Position numbers and translations under genes: made by a program. Positions 18,214 through 28,465 of a stretch of 64,000 bases of DNA are shown piece by piece (within the stretch, counting starts at the first letter, position 1; every line of letters begins with the position of its first letter). The notes below the pieces were generated by a model that was not told the DNA's origin, ran no database searches, and worked only from the letters and a program-made list of their open reading frames with translations. This stretch comes from an uncultured Verrucomicrobiae bacterium (GTDB taxonomy: Bacteria; Verrucomicrobiota; Verrucomicrobiia; Chthoniobacterales; JAFAMB01): assembly GCA_963762565.1 (NCBI GenBank), contig CAVXLD010000005.1, positions 320,001 to 384,000 on the forward strand. The letters are read 5' to 3'.

Positions 18214-19155
18214 ATGGATTCTGACTACGCGACTCTTTCCCGTCTGACCACTTTCCTTAGGACGCAGGCGGGAGTTAGTGACAAGCTCGCCATCACCCGC
18301 GCGTATGCTCCGGCCCAAGAGCTCGCCGGCGCGATCAGAGTGGGAGATGATTGCGCTGCGATTCCCGATAACGATGGTTTTTTGCTCTTTGCCGGGGAAG
18401 GAATGTTGGAATCATTCGTAGAAGCTGATCCCTGGTTCGCAGGTTACTCAGCCGTGATGGTAAACCTGAGTGATATCGCGGCTATGGGCGGTCGGCCGTT
18501 AGCAATTGTCGATATTCTTTGGACGCCCCAGTTGGAAAAAGGAGCCACGATCTGGGAAGGAATCACCGCTGCATCGCAAGCTTATGGCGTGCCGGTCGTT
18601 GGCGGACACACTACGGTTACGCAATCAGGAAAAATCTTTCTGGCGGCTGCAATCCTCGGCAGAGCCCAGCATCTTATTACCAGCTTCGATGCGAGGCCGG
18701 GAGACGAACTCATAATAGCCATCGACCTGCGGGGCAAGTATCGGGGGGATAAACCTTTTTGGAACGCCAGCGTCGGTGCACCGGTCGAACGGCTCCGAGG
18801 CGATCTAGCGCTCTTAGCAACTCTGGCAGAGAAGCGTTGGGCCCGAGCCGGCAAGGATATCAGCAACGGTGGTATCATCGGCACACTCGCGATGTTGTTA
18901 CAATGCTCGAAGGTAGGTGCTGAGCTTTGGTTGGATCGGATCCCGCGTCCTGACGGAATCGACTTAGCTCGTTGGCTGATTTCGTTCCCCAGCTTCGGGT
19001 TCCTATTCAGTGTCGACCCAGGTCAGATTGCGAACCTAACGGCTGCGTTTGCTGATCGGCAGATTGCTTGCGGCCGAGTCGGGACAATTACCGGCTCAGG
19101 AACTTTTGTCCTCGTTTACGGAGCGGCGCGGGAGACATTTCCGGTGACGGCGTGA
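18214..19155 (+). CDS. nitF: Sll0787-family AIR-synthase-related protein (Nit1C)
   Basis: VGDDCAAI, DPWFAGY..VMVNLSDIAAMGGRP, VVGGHT, KDISNGG, SFPSFGFL. Confidence 0.88.
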   Translation: MDSDYATLSRLTTFLRTQAGVSDKLAITRAYAPAQELAGAIRVGDDCAAIPDNDGFLLFAGEGMLESFVEADPWFAGYSAVMVNLSDIAAMGGRPLAIVDILWTPQLEKGATIWEGITAASQAYGVPVVGGHTTVTQSGKIFLAAAILGRAQHLITSFDARPGDELIIAIDLRGKYRGDKPFWNASVGAPVERLRGDLALLATLAEKRWARAGKDISNGGIIGTLAMLLQCSKVGAELWLDRIPRPDGIDLARWLISFPSFGFLFSVDPGQIANLTAAFADRQIACGRVGTITGSGTFVLVYGAARETFPVTA

Positions 19156-20194
19156 TTCGGGGCGGAAGCGTGGCGCCGCCGTGCCAGGTTCCTTTGATGA
19201 GCACTTCTTTAGGATGGTGACTGGATCCGGTGAGATTAGCGTTCAGCTTTTCTACTACCAGATCTAGGGCGGCTGCCCCAACCGCGGACAGATTGCCGTC
19301 GATCCCCGCCGCTCGGCCCATTTCATCCGAAGTGCGATAAAGATATGCCAGACCGATGTCGTCCGGAACCGTCAGTCGATGCCGTGCCAAAAACCGGCGT
19401 ACTGGCGCTTTGTAGACCAGCAGCGAGTCGGGTTTGTTGGCGGCGAGCCAAAAATCAAATGCGGTCTGATCATTAGCATCTACCGGTATGAATGGTTCGC
19501 AGCGGTCGGGCTTCGGCAACCTGCGTTGCCAATCAAGAAAGGCGCCGGACCAAAGATTGTTCGAGATCTGGTTGTTCAAATCGGGAACGACCAATCCGGG
19601 GCGGCGATAACCTAATTGCCAGATGTGATCGAGAGCGAGTTGAACGTTGTAAAAGCCGTGAAAATTGGCGCGGTCCACCAGGACAGAACCAAAATAAGCG
19701 CTCAAGCCGGCAACGGCGAAGCCGTCAGTCCGAAACGTGACTTGTTCACTATCGTCTCGAGAGAAACCTAAAAGCACACCTCGGATTCCCCGAGCTCGGA
19801 GCGTGGTCTGAAGCCGTTCTTGGCTGCCGCGATACTCGCTTAAAGGAAAAACCTCTACTTTGAAACCTAGAGCGGCGGCGCGTGCTTGAACGCCTTCGAA
19901 CTCCCAACGGCAAACATCTTTGGAACGCCAACTTTCGCGGCCGCCGTAATTAGTGACTAGTGCGATTACATCGACTTCTCCGGCGCCACCACGTCGCCGG
20001 CGACTGGCCATCAGCGCACTAACTAACGGGTTCGGGCGGTACCCAAGCTTTTCCGCTGCTTCTTCCACCCGTTGGCGAGTAGCGGCGCTGATCCGAGGAT
20101 CACTGCGTAAGGCTCGGGAAACGGTAGAAGGCGCAACTCCCAGCGAGTGCGCGATTTCAGCCATACGTGTTGCCTGTATTTGTCTCCCCAGCAT
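19088..20194 (-). CDS. LacI-family regulator (Verrucomicrobia-style)
   Basis: MAEIAHSLGVAPSTVSRALR...LGYRPNPLVSALM; LRARGIRG; GYRRPGL; terminal GTW..GATL. Confidence 0.88.
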   Translation of the reverse strand: MLGRQIQATRMAEIAHSLGVAPSTVSRALRSDPRISAATRQRVEEAAEKLGYRPNPLVSALMASRRRRGGAGEVDVIALVTNYGGRESWRSKDVCRWEFEGVQARAAALGFKVEVFPLSEYRGSQERLQTTLRARGIRGVLLGFSRDDSEQVTFRTDGFAVAGLSAYFGSVLVDRANFHGFYNVQLALDHIWQLGYRRPGLVVPDLNNQISNNLWSGAFLDWQRRLPKPDRCEPFIPVDANDQTAFDFWLAANKPDSLLVYKAPVRRFLARHRLTVPDDIGLAYLYRTSDEMGRAAGIDGNLSAVGAAALDLVVEKLNANLTGSSHHPKEVLIKGTWHGGATLPPRITPSPEMSPAPLRKRGQKFLSR

Positions 20195-20231
20195 AATTTA
20201 TGGCAGAGCTCTACCGGTTAGCGTTCAAGTT

Positions 20232-20281
20232 GTGCAACGATTTGCGCGCGATCTGCTCCCCAATCGCGCAACAATATGCGC
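20232..20281. promoter_or_regulatory. Two GYGCA-N6-TGCGC palindromes, 34 bp apart
   Basis: gtgcaacgatttgcgc (20232-20247) and gcgcaacaatatgcgc (20266-20281) in the LacI/nitB divergent gap. Confidence 0.55.
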
Positions 20282-20307
20282 AACAAATCCGCTCCGGCAA
20301 ACCCAGT

Positions 20308-20324
20308 CCGGTTCGTCAGTTGCT
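20308..20324 (+). promoter_or_regulatory. Possible sigma54 promoter of nitBCDGH
   Basis: CCGGTTCGTCAGTTGCT = GG-N10-GC with a perfect TTGCT. Confidence 0.45.
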
Positions 20325-20397
20325 CTCCTCTAGCATCAATCCGCGCAGCGCCCTCCCGCTCGCTACCATCCAGTCAACAGCAGATAAACCAATTTAT

Positions 20398-20880
20398 ATG
20401 CCAGCCGTCGCTAAAGACATGAATAAGAAGGGAGACTTCCTGGTTGATTATGAGGAGAAAGTCTTCCCTGATGTTAAGGCCGATCCGGGCGAAAAAGCGC
20501 TCGTTACTTTCCATACCATTGCCTTTGAAGGTTCGATCTCCATTGTTAACACGTTGGTTGCGACTCGCCTTCTCCGTAAGGGCTACGAGACCTCGATCCT
20601 GTTATATGGTCCGGGAGTCACCATGGGTTTCCAGCGAGGGTTCCCTACTCTCGGAGACGAAGCATTTCCTGGCCATCTCTTCGTAAATCAACGCATGGAA
20701 AAATTCATGGCGGAGGGAGGCAAAGTGTACGGCTGCCGGTTTTCCACCCAAGCATTGTACGGGCAAACGGAGAAAGCGTTCATCCCGGGTATTCGCCCGA
20801 TCAACCCATTGGATGTGCTCGATATCATCCTGATACACAAGAAAGCCGGAGCGGTGATCATTGATTCCTGGACGGTTTGA
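20398..20880 (+). CDS. nitB: MSMEG_0572/Sll0783-family protein (Nit1C)
   Basis: [50 protein letters not shown]. Confidence 0.92.
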   Translation: MPAVAKDMNKKGDFLVDYEEKVFPDVKADPGEKALVTFHTIAFEGSISIVNTLVATRLLRKGYETSILLYGPGVTMGFQRGFPTLGDEAFPGHLFVNQRMEKFMAEGGKVYGCRFSTQALYGQTEKAFIPGIRPINPLDVLDIILIHKKAGAVIIDSWTV

Positions 20881-20883
20881 CCG

Positions 20884-21930
20884 ATGAAACGAATTAAAGC
20901 GGCCGCGGTCCAAATTGCACCCGATCTGTCCGGTAGCGCCGGTACTCTCGAGCGCGTTTGCGACGCGATCGGCCGCGCTGCCGGCGCAGGTGTCGAGCTC
21001 GTCGTGTTTCCCGAGACATTCATCCCTTACTACCCCTACTTTTCGTTTGTCTCTCCACCAGTGGCCACGGGAAAGGAACATCTGCGTCTATACGAAAACG
21101 CAGTGGAAGTACCAGGGCCGATTACTCAAAGACTAGCCGAGGCAGCGGCTCACCACCAAATGGTGTTAGTCGTGGGGGTTAATGAGCGTGACGGCGGCAG
21201 TCTTTATAACACCCAGCTGATTTTTGATGCAGATGGTTCGCTGTTACTGAAGCGCCGCAAAATTACTCCTACCTATCATGAAAGAATGATCTGGGGACAG
21301 GGTGACGGGAGCGGATTTCGCGTCGCCCACACCGCGGTTGGCCGGGTCGGCGCGTTAGCTTGTTGGGAGCATTATAACCCATTGGCGCGTTTCGCCCTAA
21401 TGGAGGAGCGGGAAGAATTACACTGTGCGCAGTTCCCCGGTTCAATGGTCGGGCAGATCTTTGCCGATCAAATTGAGGTCACCATGCGGCATCACGCTTT
21501 AGAAGCTGGCTGTTTCGTAGTCAACGCGACCGGTTGGTTAACCGAAGAGCAGATTGCGGCGATTACTCCCGATGAGAAAATGCGCCGGGTGCTGCGGGGA
21601 GGTTGTTACACTGCGATTATATCACCGGAAGGTGTGCCGCTTTGTGAACCGATCAGGGAGGGTGAAGGCATGGCCATTGCCGAGCTTGATCCTTATCTGA
21701 TCACCAAGCGGAAACGGATGTTGGACTCAGTCGGTCACTATTCCCGGCCTGATATTTTCGCACTGACGATAGACAGGGAAGCAAAGGTTCAAGTCCAGCC
21801 GAAGTTAGCGCGGGGTCCTCTGGCTCCCGAGGTTGGAGATGAGCCAAGAAAGGAATCGGGAACAGTATATGAGGGCAACTATGGATTTTCAGAGCGCGCT
21901 CCTCACCAGGAAACAGCGGCTGCTGTCTGA
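20884..21930 (+). CDS. nitC: Nit6803-type nitrilase
   Basis: Catalytic triad in [36 protein letters not shown]. Confidence 0.95.
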   Translation: MKRIKAAAVQIAPDLSGSAGTLERVCDAIGRAAGAGVELVVFPETFIPYYPYFSFVSPPVATGKEHLRLYENAVEVPGPITQRLAEAAAHHQMVLVVGVNERDGGSLYNTQLIFDADGSLLLKRRKITPTYHERMIWGQGDGSGFRVAHTAVGRVGALACWEHYNPLARFALMEEREELHCAQFPGSMVGQIFADQIEVTMRHHALEAGCFVVNATGWLTEEQIAAITPDEKMRRVLRGGCYTAIISPEGVPLCEPIREGEGMAIAELDPYLITKRKRMLDSVGHYSRPDIFALTIDREAKVQVQPKLARGPLAPEVGDEPRKESGTVYEGNYGFSERAPHQETAAAV

Positions 21931-23011
21931 TCTGCAAACTCGCGGGCTGCGGTTGGTCGATCCGAAAGCGGGTGCTGCTAGCCGGATTGGTGGCGCCGGA
22001 CCAACCGATCACAAGGCGGTTACCATTCTAGGAACCACCATCATGGTTCCCGTGCATACGCACGGAGCAAATCGGTCACCCTACATGGCAATGTCCCCTG
22101 ATCATTGGGGCGTCTCTTTGTTATGCGAGAATGATGAGACGATCTGCGAGATTTCATTTCCGCCGCAGCCGAAATTTTACGGACTGAATACACAGGACGG
22201 GATTCCCTATTGGAAAATCGCGCAGCTTCATTCCCGGGATACGTTAGCGACGACCGTCCTGCAGACGTGTGTCCGCTACGGGAACAGCCAAAGCAAATGT
22301 CAATTCTGTGCGATCGGCGAGTCCTTGAAGGCAGGCCGGACCATAGCCAGGAAAACGCCGGAACAGTTAGCTGAAGTTGCTGGCGCGGCCCAGCGTTTGG
22401 ATGGAGTGGGCAATGTGGTGTTGACGACGGGGACGCCGCCGACCGACGACCACGGCGCAGCGGTGCTGGCTGATTCGGCCGCGGCCATCAGGGCTGAGAC
22501 CGGACTGCCTATTCAAGGTCAGTGCGAACCACCGGCGGATTTTAGCTGGTTCAACCGAATGCATGAGGCGGGGGTTGATGCTTTGGGAATGCATTTGGAA
22601 GCTTGGGACGAAGAAGTCCGCCGCCGGATAATGCCGGGCAAAGCGGAGGTCCCGGTTTCATTTTATCTGGAGGCGTTTAGAGCTGCGGTAGCTGAATTTG
22701 GTCGTGGTCAGGTTAGTACGTATTTGTTAGCTGGGCTCGGCGATACGGTGCCCGGCTTGTTAGAAGCAGCCAGAGTACTTATCGAAATTGGGGTTTATCC
22801 TTTCGTAGTTCCATTTGTGCCGGTTAGTGGTACGCCGTTAGCCGATCATCATCCCCCTCCGGCTGATTTTATGCGAGCGGTTCTTCAGCCAATTGGTGGT
22901 TGGCTAACGGAAGCCGGTATGACGTCGGACACTGTCAAAGCTGGTTGCACGAAGTGCGCGGCTTGTTCGACGCTCTCAAGCTTCGAGAAACAACCAATCG
23001 GGGTGAACTAA
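21881..23011 (+). CDS. nitD: MSMEG_0568-family radical SAM protein
   Basis: [10 protein letters not shown], Cx9Cx2C ([14 protein letters not shown]), C-terminal CTKCAAC; start could be 21869. Confidence 0.92.
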   Translation: MDFQSALLTRKQRLLSDLQTRGLRLVDPKAGAASRIGGAGPTDHKAVTILGTTIMVPVHTHGANRSPYMAMSPDHWGVSLLCENDETICEISFPPQPKFYGLNTQDGIPYWKIAQLHSRDTLATTVLQTCVRYGNSQSKCQFCAIGESLKAGRTIARKTPEQLAEVAGAAQRLDGVGNVVLTTGTPPTDDHGAAVLADSAAAIRAETGLPIQGQCEPPADFSWFNRMHEAGVDALGMHLEAWDEEVRRRIMPGKAEVPVSFYLEAFRAAVAEFGRGQVSTYLLAGLGDTVPGLLEAARVLIEIGVYPFVVPFVPVSGTPLADHHPPPADFMRAVLQPIGGWLTEAGMTSDTVKAGCTKCAACSTLSSFEKQPIGVN

Positions 23012-23096
23012 ATTACTCTTATACCTCTTGCCACGAATCTACCGCTCCCGATCATCCAACGCGAACGCCGAACGCCAAACGCCAAACTCCAATACT

Positions 23097-23372
23097 ATGC
23101 CCGAGGTATTCTTTACTATCGAACTGCCGGATGGCGCCACTAAAGAGTGTTATTCGCCGTCGAGTGTCGTACGGCAATATTTCGTTAAGGGCGAAGAAAT
23201 GCCGGTGCTGGAGTTCGTCCGGCGGAGCCGCCAAGCGCTGGCGGAGGCGTCAGAACGTGTGCGGGCCAAGTTTGGATTTGGCTGTTCGAGCGCGGCCGCC
23301 CAGCTCAGCGAGATCGAGCAATGGACTCGGAGTTATGCGCATAACGCTGTTGTTCGGATTGTTAGTATTTGA
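23097..23372 (+). CDS. nitG: MSMEG_0570-family protein
   Basis: MPE..F...PDG....CYSPS, ASERVRAKFGFGCS; preceded by an AACGCCR 7-mer array (23058-23087). Confidence 0.88.
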   Translation: MPEVFFTIELPDGATKECYSPSSVVRQYFVKGEEMPVLEFVRRSRQALAEASERVRAKFGFGCSSAAAQLSEIEQWTRSYAHNAVVRIVSI

Positions 23373-23412
23373 ACTGTAAATTGGCTGGTCCGCTTTCACA
23401 GGATGAAAACAA

Positions 23413-24732
23413 ATGAGTACGAATCAGAATAATGGTAGCGAAGAGAGAGGGTTCGCCGGCCATTACCCGGTGATCATCATCGGGGGCGGCCATGCCGGGC
23501 TCTCCATGAGTTTTTGTCTAAAGCAGCGACGGATCGAGCATCTAATCTTTGAAAAAGATCGGATGGCGCAATCGTGGCGGTCCAGGCGTTGGGATTCGTT
23601 TTGTCTGGTGACACCCAATTGGCAGTGCCAGTTACCAGGGTTCCCTTATTCCGGGACTGATCCAGACGGCTTCATGAAGAAGGATGAGATCGTTGCCTAT
23701 ATCGAGGCTTACGCCAAATCGTTCCAGCCGCCGATTCTGGAAGGAGTAAGTGTGGGACGCTTAAGCCGGGACGAGGCAGGTCGGTTTCTCGTCGCCACGA
23801 GTATGGGCGATTATTCGGCCGATCAGGTGGTCGTAGCGACCGGAGGATATCAGGTTCCGTCCGTACCACGTATCGCGGAACGTTTTCCTAGCTCCGTTGG
23901 GCAGATTCTTTCCAGCAACTACAAAAATCCGGAATCAATTGCTCCCGGCGACGTGTTAGTTGTCGGTTCGGGCCAGTCCGGTTGCCAGATCGCCGAGGAT
24001 CTACATATCGCTGGACGCCGAGTTCATTTATGCGTCGGCGGCGCACCCCGCACGGCTCGCCGGTACCGAGGCAAAGACGTCGTGGCTTGGTTGCATGAGA
24101 TGGGGTACTACGATAAACCAATCCATGAACACCCACTGAAAGAACGCGTCAGGGCTAAAGCAAATCATTATGTAACCGGACGCGACGGGGGACGTGATAT
24201 CGATCTGCGGAAATTGGCGACCGAAGGTATGCAACTTTATGGCCGGCTGCAGGATGTAACCGGGACCCGGCTAGAGTTCGCGGATGATCTGAAATTGAAC
24301 TTGGATCAAGCTGATGCCGTGGCTGAGAGCATCAAGAATACGATCGATAAATTCATCGAATCAGCCGGGATCAACACCCCGGTGGAAGAACGATATCGCC
24401 CCGTTTGGGAACCTACCAACCTAGCTTTGGAGTTGGACTATATCGCCGCCAATATCACAACTGTCATTTGGTCGATCGGTTATCGAACTGATTACAGTTG
24501 GATTGAAGTTCCGGTTTTCGATGGGAAAGGGTATCCCGCACATCAACGAGGCGTGACTACGGTCCCGGGCCTTTATTTTCTAGGGTTACCATGGCAATAC
24601 ACTTGGGGGTCAGGCCGTTTTTCTGGCGTGGCTCGCGATGCCACCTTTCTGGCTGACTATATCGAGGCACGCCGGGGTGCTCCGACGCCGGAGTCCCCGC
24701 GGTTGTTGAATGAGTTAGCGCTGGGATCGTGA
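23413..24732 (+). CDS. nitH: MSMEG_0569-family flavin-dependent oxidoreductase
   Basis: IIGGGHAG, RWDSFCLVTPNWQCQLPG, VGSGQSGCQIAEDL, NHYVTGRDGGRDIDLR. Confidence 0.92.
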   Translation: MSTNQNNGSEERGFAGHYPVIIIGGGHAGLSMSFCLKQRRIEHLIFEKDRMAQSWRSRRWDSFCLVTPNWQCQLPGFPYSGTDPDGFMKKDEIVAYIEAYAKSFQPPILEGVSVGRLSRDEAGRFLVATSMGDYSADQVVVATGGYQVPSVPRIAERFPSSVGQILSSNYKNPESIAPGDVLVVGSGQSGCQIAEDLHIAGRRVHLCVGGAPRTARRYRGKDVVAWLHEMGYYDKPIHEHPLKERVRAKANHYVTGRDGGRDIDLRKLATEGMQLYGRLQDVTGTRLEFADDLKLNLDQADAVAESIKNTIDKFIESAGINTPVEERYRPVWEPTNLALELDYIAANITTVIWSIGYRTDYSWIEVPVFDGKGYPAHQRGVTTVPGLYFLGLPWQYTWGSGRFSGVARDATFLADYIEARRGAPTPESPRLLNELALGS

Positions 24733-24869
24733 GCTTGGCCCGAGCCTGAGCTATATCTGTAACCGCTTCGTCTTACTGCGGTGAATTCCGGCCAGTTGCC
24801 GGGAAACTTAGCCGCACGTTTTCGCCTCGACAAGCAAGCACCAGATCAATGTAGACTCAGCAGGCGGCA

Positions 24870-27800
24870 ATGATTCGTTACCGGATATTCTTATCCTCGC
24901 CTGGAGATGTCGGCCGGGAGCGAGAGGTGGCTATCCAGGTAGTGAAAAGACTCAGGAAGCGTTACCTGGGCGAGATCGAGACAGAGCTCTATCTCTGGGA
25001 ACATGAACCGATGCTGGCTAGCCGGGGTGATTTCCAAGAGAATATTCCGGAACCCACCGAGTTCGATTTAGTAATTTGTGTGCTCTGGTCGCGATTAGGT
25101 ACCCGGCTACATCCGGGCAGACACCGGCGCCCGGATGGTACCGCGTATAGCTCGGGCACTGAGTACGAATTCGAAGTGGCTCTAGAAGGATTTCGAACGA
25201 ATCGCCGGCCTGATCTCTTGGTGTATCGACGGGATGAAATTCCGTTGTTTCCGGCTAGCCCAAAGGAGCGGCGTGCCGCCTTGGAACAACAATGGGAGGG
25301 ATTAGAACAGTTTTGCCGGAAATGGTTTACTGATGAGGACCAGGGCAGCATTAAGCTGGCGTTCAACAGTTACCGAAACCTAGCTCAATTCGAAGAGAAC
25401 TTGGAGCGGCATCTTCACGAGCTGCTGCAGGCATATCGAGCCAAGAATGGCATGATCAGCCAGCCCCAGGAAGGGCAGGTTCAGGAGCGATGGATCGGGG
25501 AATCACCCTACCGTGGTTTGCAAGTCTTTGAATTTGAACACGAGGCGATTTTTTTCGGGCGAACCAAACAACGAGACGAGATTCTAGGGACGTTGCAAGC
25601 ACGTTTGGTCGAGGAGGGTACGCCTTTTGTTCTCATCTTCGGCGCCAGCGGCAGCGGAAAGAGCTCGCTCCTGAGAGCGGGAGTAATGCCCTGGCTTTGC
25701 CGGCCCGGGGTCATTGATGGAGTTGGCCTTTGGCGATCGATGGTGGTTCGTCCATCGGATTCCACGGGCGATCTGCTCCAAGGATTAGCAGGAGCGCTGC
25801 TAAGTCCTGGGGCACTTCCTGAGATCGGAGCGGATGGCACCGATGCGCTCAAATTGGCGGCCTTGCTGGAAAAGAATCCTGAGGGGCTTGGTCTACTAGT
25901 GAAGGAAGCGTTGTCGCGAGCGGCCGGAGAGGAGCAACGCCGGCGGGACCTGTTGCAGCAACCGGTCGCACGTCTGGCCATCGGGCTCGACCAATTGGAG
26001 GAAATTTTTACTTTGGCTGAACGGTTCAGCATCGAGCAACTAATCAGATTCTTCAAAGCAGTCCGAGCCGTGGCGGAGAGCGGTTTTGGTTGGGTAGTCG
26101 CTACGTTGCGCAGCGATTTCTTTAGCCGATGTGAGGAGATCGACGATCTGGTAGAGCTCAAACAGGGTAAAGGGCAATATCATCTTTTGGCCCCGAATGC
26201 TGCGCAATTAAGCCAGATCATTCGGTATCCGGCCGAGGCGGCCGGTGCGGTGTTCGAAGAAGATCCAGAAAGAGGCCGGTTAGATGAACGGATCCGGGAT
26301 GACGCATTGAGAGAACCGGGCGGACTGCCGCTGCTTGAATATGCCCTGGATGAATTATTCCGGACCGGTGGTGCAGACGGGCTATTAAGCCACGCCGAGT
26401 ACGATACGTTAGGCGGAGTGGAAGGCGCGCTGCGAAAAAGGGCAGAAGACACGTTTGCCGGGCTGCCGCTATTGGAACGAGAAGGTTTGGGGCCAGTGTT
26501 ACGCCAGATAGTGAGGCTAGGGTCTGGTGATGATGAAACCTTGACCCGGAGAGTATCAGGTTATGAAGCAGCCGCCGCGCAGCCCGGAGCGCGGGGATTG
26601 GTGGAGGCGTTCATCAGCGCCCGCTTGCTGGTCGCCGATCGGGATAGCACGGGCGCTCGGACCTTGATGGTTGCGCATGAGGCATTGTTCCGGGTCTGGC
26701 CGGAAGTAGGTCGCTGGGAAAAAGAGAACCGCGACTTCTTACGGGTGCGGGCGCGGTTAGGCGAAGCGATGGCCAGATGGATCGAATGTAACCGGGAAAG
26801 TGACTATCTATTGGCTCCCGGGCGGCCACTGGCAGAAGCCGAGGAGTTGTTGCAGGACTATGAGGCGAGCCTAGACCCAGAAGAAGAAAATTACATCCAG
26901 GCTTCCCGAGCAAAGGTAGCACGAGCGGCCGGACGCAGGCGGTTAGTCATCACCGGGGTGATCACGGTGCTAGCGGCGGTTGCAGGGGCAGCCATCTGGC
27001 AATGGCGTGAAGCGGTCGTCCAGAAGGGATTAGCCGTGCAAAGCGAGAACCGAGCCGTTTCGGCAAGGAACAGCGCGGAAAGCATCCTTAACTATCTACT
27101 TAATCAGCTCAGCGATAAGCTTCAGCCGATCGGGCATCTCGATATCATTGAAGATGTGCAAAAACAGGTAGAAACCTATTATAAGAATCTAGGTTTCAGC
27201 GAGCAAGACCCCAAAGGGCTAAGCAACTGGGCTATACTGCTGAAACTAGAGGGTGAACGACTCCAGGCACAGGGCGATCTGGTTGGAGCCAAGGCGAAAT
27301 TCGAAGAGCGACTCCACATTATTCAAAAGCTCGTTAAAAGTGAGCCGAGCAACCCAGTGTGGGGGAGCGATTTGTCGATCAGCTATTACCGGCTGGGCGA
27401 CGTGTTGCAAGCCCAAGGCGATTTGAACGCCGCCAAAGCGCAATACCAGAGTGCGCTGGAGCTTCTGCACACCCTGGTCAAACAAGACCCCGGCAACAAC
27501 GCCTGGCAGCGCGATCTGTCTGTCAGTTGTAATAAGCTCGGGGACGTGCTGCAGGCCGAAGGCGATTTGAACGGCGCCAAGGCGCAATACCAGAGTGCGC
27601 TCAAGATCTCGCAGACCCTGGTTAGGCAGGACTCGAGCAACACCGTTTGGCAACGCGATCTGTCGTTCACACACAATCGGCTCGGCGACGTGTTAGACCT
27701 GCAGGGGGACTTGGACGGCGCAAAAGCCCAATTCCAAAACGGGCTCGTGATCGTCCAGAAACTGGCTGATCGCGACCAAGGCAACAGCGACTGGCGACTC

Positions 27801-28268
27801 GATTTGTCGGTCAGCTATGAGCGACTCGGCGACGTACTAAGAGAGCAAGTCGATTGGAACGGTGCTCAGACCGAATATCAGAGTGCACTCGACATCAGAC
27901 TGAAACTAGCTAGCCAGGACCCGGGCAATAGCGTTTGGCAACACGCTTTGTCCATTAGTTATAATTTACTCGGCGACGTAATGAGAGCGCAGGGGGATTT
28001 GAACGGCGCCAAGGTCCAATACCAAAAATACCTCGAGATAGCAGAGAAGTTAACCAAACAGGATCCGGGCAACAGCGTTTGGCAACACAATTTATCAGAG
28101 GCTTACAAAGCCTTTGGCATTTTGCTAAAAGAGCAAGGGGATTTCAGTGGTGCCCGAAAGAACTTCCAAGCGAGCCTGGCCATTTTAACCGATTTAATCC
28201 GGCTCCACGGCGAGAATCCGACCTGGGAAGCAGATCTCGATTCGGTTAAGAAGGAGTTGGATGAGTAG
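24870..28268 (+). CDS. DUF4062/TIR-like effector + nSTAND1 NTPase + TM helix + 48-aa TPR-like repeats
   Basis: IFLSSPGDV..ERE, WSRLGT, SGTEYEFE; SPYRGL..FFGR, GASGSGKSS, DQLEEIFT, LRSDF, LPLLEYAL, HEAL; TM LVITGVITVLAAVAGAAIW; repeats with a 144 bp period from 27360 to ~28225. Confidence 0.85.
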   Translation: MIRYRIFLSSPGDVGREREVAIQVVKRLRKRYLGEIETELYLWEHEPMLASRGDFQENIPEPTEFDLVICVLWSRLGTRLHPGRHRRPDGTAYSSGTEYEFEVALEGFRTNRRPDLLVYRRDEIPLFPASPKERRAALEQQWEGLEQFCRKWFTDEDQGSIKLAFNSYRNLAQFEENLERHLHELLQAYRAKNGMISQPQEGQVQERWIGESPYRGLQVFEFEHEAIFFGRTKQRDEILGTLQARLVEEGTPFVLIFGASGSGKSSLLRAGVMPWLCRPGVIDGVGLWRSMVVRPSDSTGDLLQGLAGALLSPGALPEIGADGTDALKLAALLEKNPEGLGLLVKEALSRAAGEEQRRRDLLQQPVARLAIGLDQLEEIFTLAERFSIEQLIRFFKAVRAVAESGFGWVVATLRSDFFSRCEEIDDLVELKQGKGQYHLLAPNAAQLSQIIRYPAEAAGAVFEEDPERGRLDERIRDDALREPGGLPLLEYALDELFRTGGADGLLSHAEYDTLGGVEGALRKRAEDTFAGLPLLEREGLGPVLRQIVRLGSGDDETLTRRVSGYEAAAAQPGARGLVEAFISARLLVADRDSTGARTLMVAHEALFRVWPEVGRWEKENRDFLRVRARLGEAMARWIECNRESDYLLAPGRPLAEAEELLQDYEASLDPEEENYIQASRAKVARAAGRRRLVITGVITVLAAVAGAAIWQWREAVVQKGLAVQSENRAVSARNSAESILNYLLNQLSDKLQPIGHLDIIEDVQKQVETYYKNLGFSEQDPKGLSNWAILLKLEGERLQAQGDLVGAKAKFEERLHIIQKLVKSEPSNPVWGSDLSISYYRLGDVLQAQGDLNAAKAQYQSALELLHTLVKQDPGNNAWQRDLSVSCNKLGDVLQAEGDLNGAKAQYQSALKISQTLVRQDSSNTVWQRDLSFTHNRLGDVLDLQGDLDGAKAQFQNGLVIVQKLADRDQGNSDWRLDLSVSYERLGDVLREQVDWNGAQTEYQSALDIRLKLASQDPGNSVWQHALSISYNLLGDVMRAQGDLNGAKVQYQKYLEIAEKLTKQDPGNSVWQHNLSEAYKAFGILLKEQGDFSGARKNFQASLAILTDLIRLHGENPTWEADLDSVKKELDE

Positions 28269-28465
28269 TCTGTCGACCAGCCGAGGATCACGCCTACCGC
28301 ATGGCTGGGAGATCGAAGCCTCTTCCTAGGTAGGCTAACATAGCTGGCCCGACCGCGCATGACTACGTCGCGGCAAGACTTTTGCTGAGACTTTTTTTTT
28401 ACAAAACAGATCGACTTTAGGCTCGATCCTGAGTCACCTTGATTTTCTTAAGCGCCCAATAATAT

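Noticed and set aside
20200..20397. 66 aa N-terminal extension of nitB (likewise upstream extensions of ORFs 6563, 7916, 10655, 11458, 18085, 23028, 47119, 56066)
   Set aside because: Family similarity starts at the downstream ATG; the extensions cover promoter or repeat sequence.
27246..27784. Antisense repetitive ORFs
   Set aside because: Shadows of the TPR repeats on the opposite strand.
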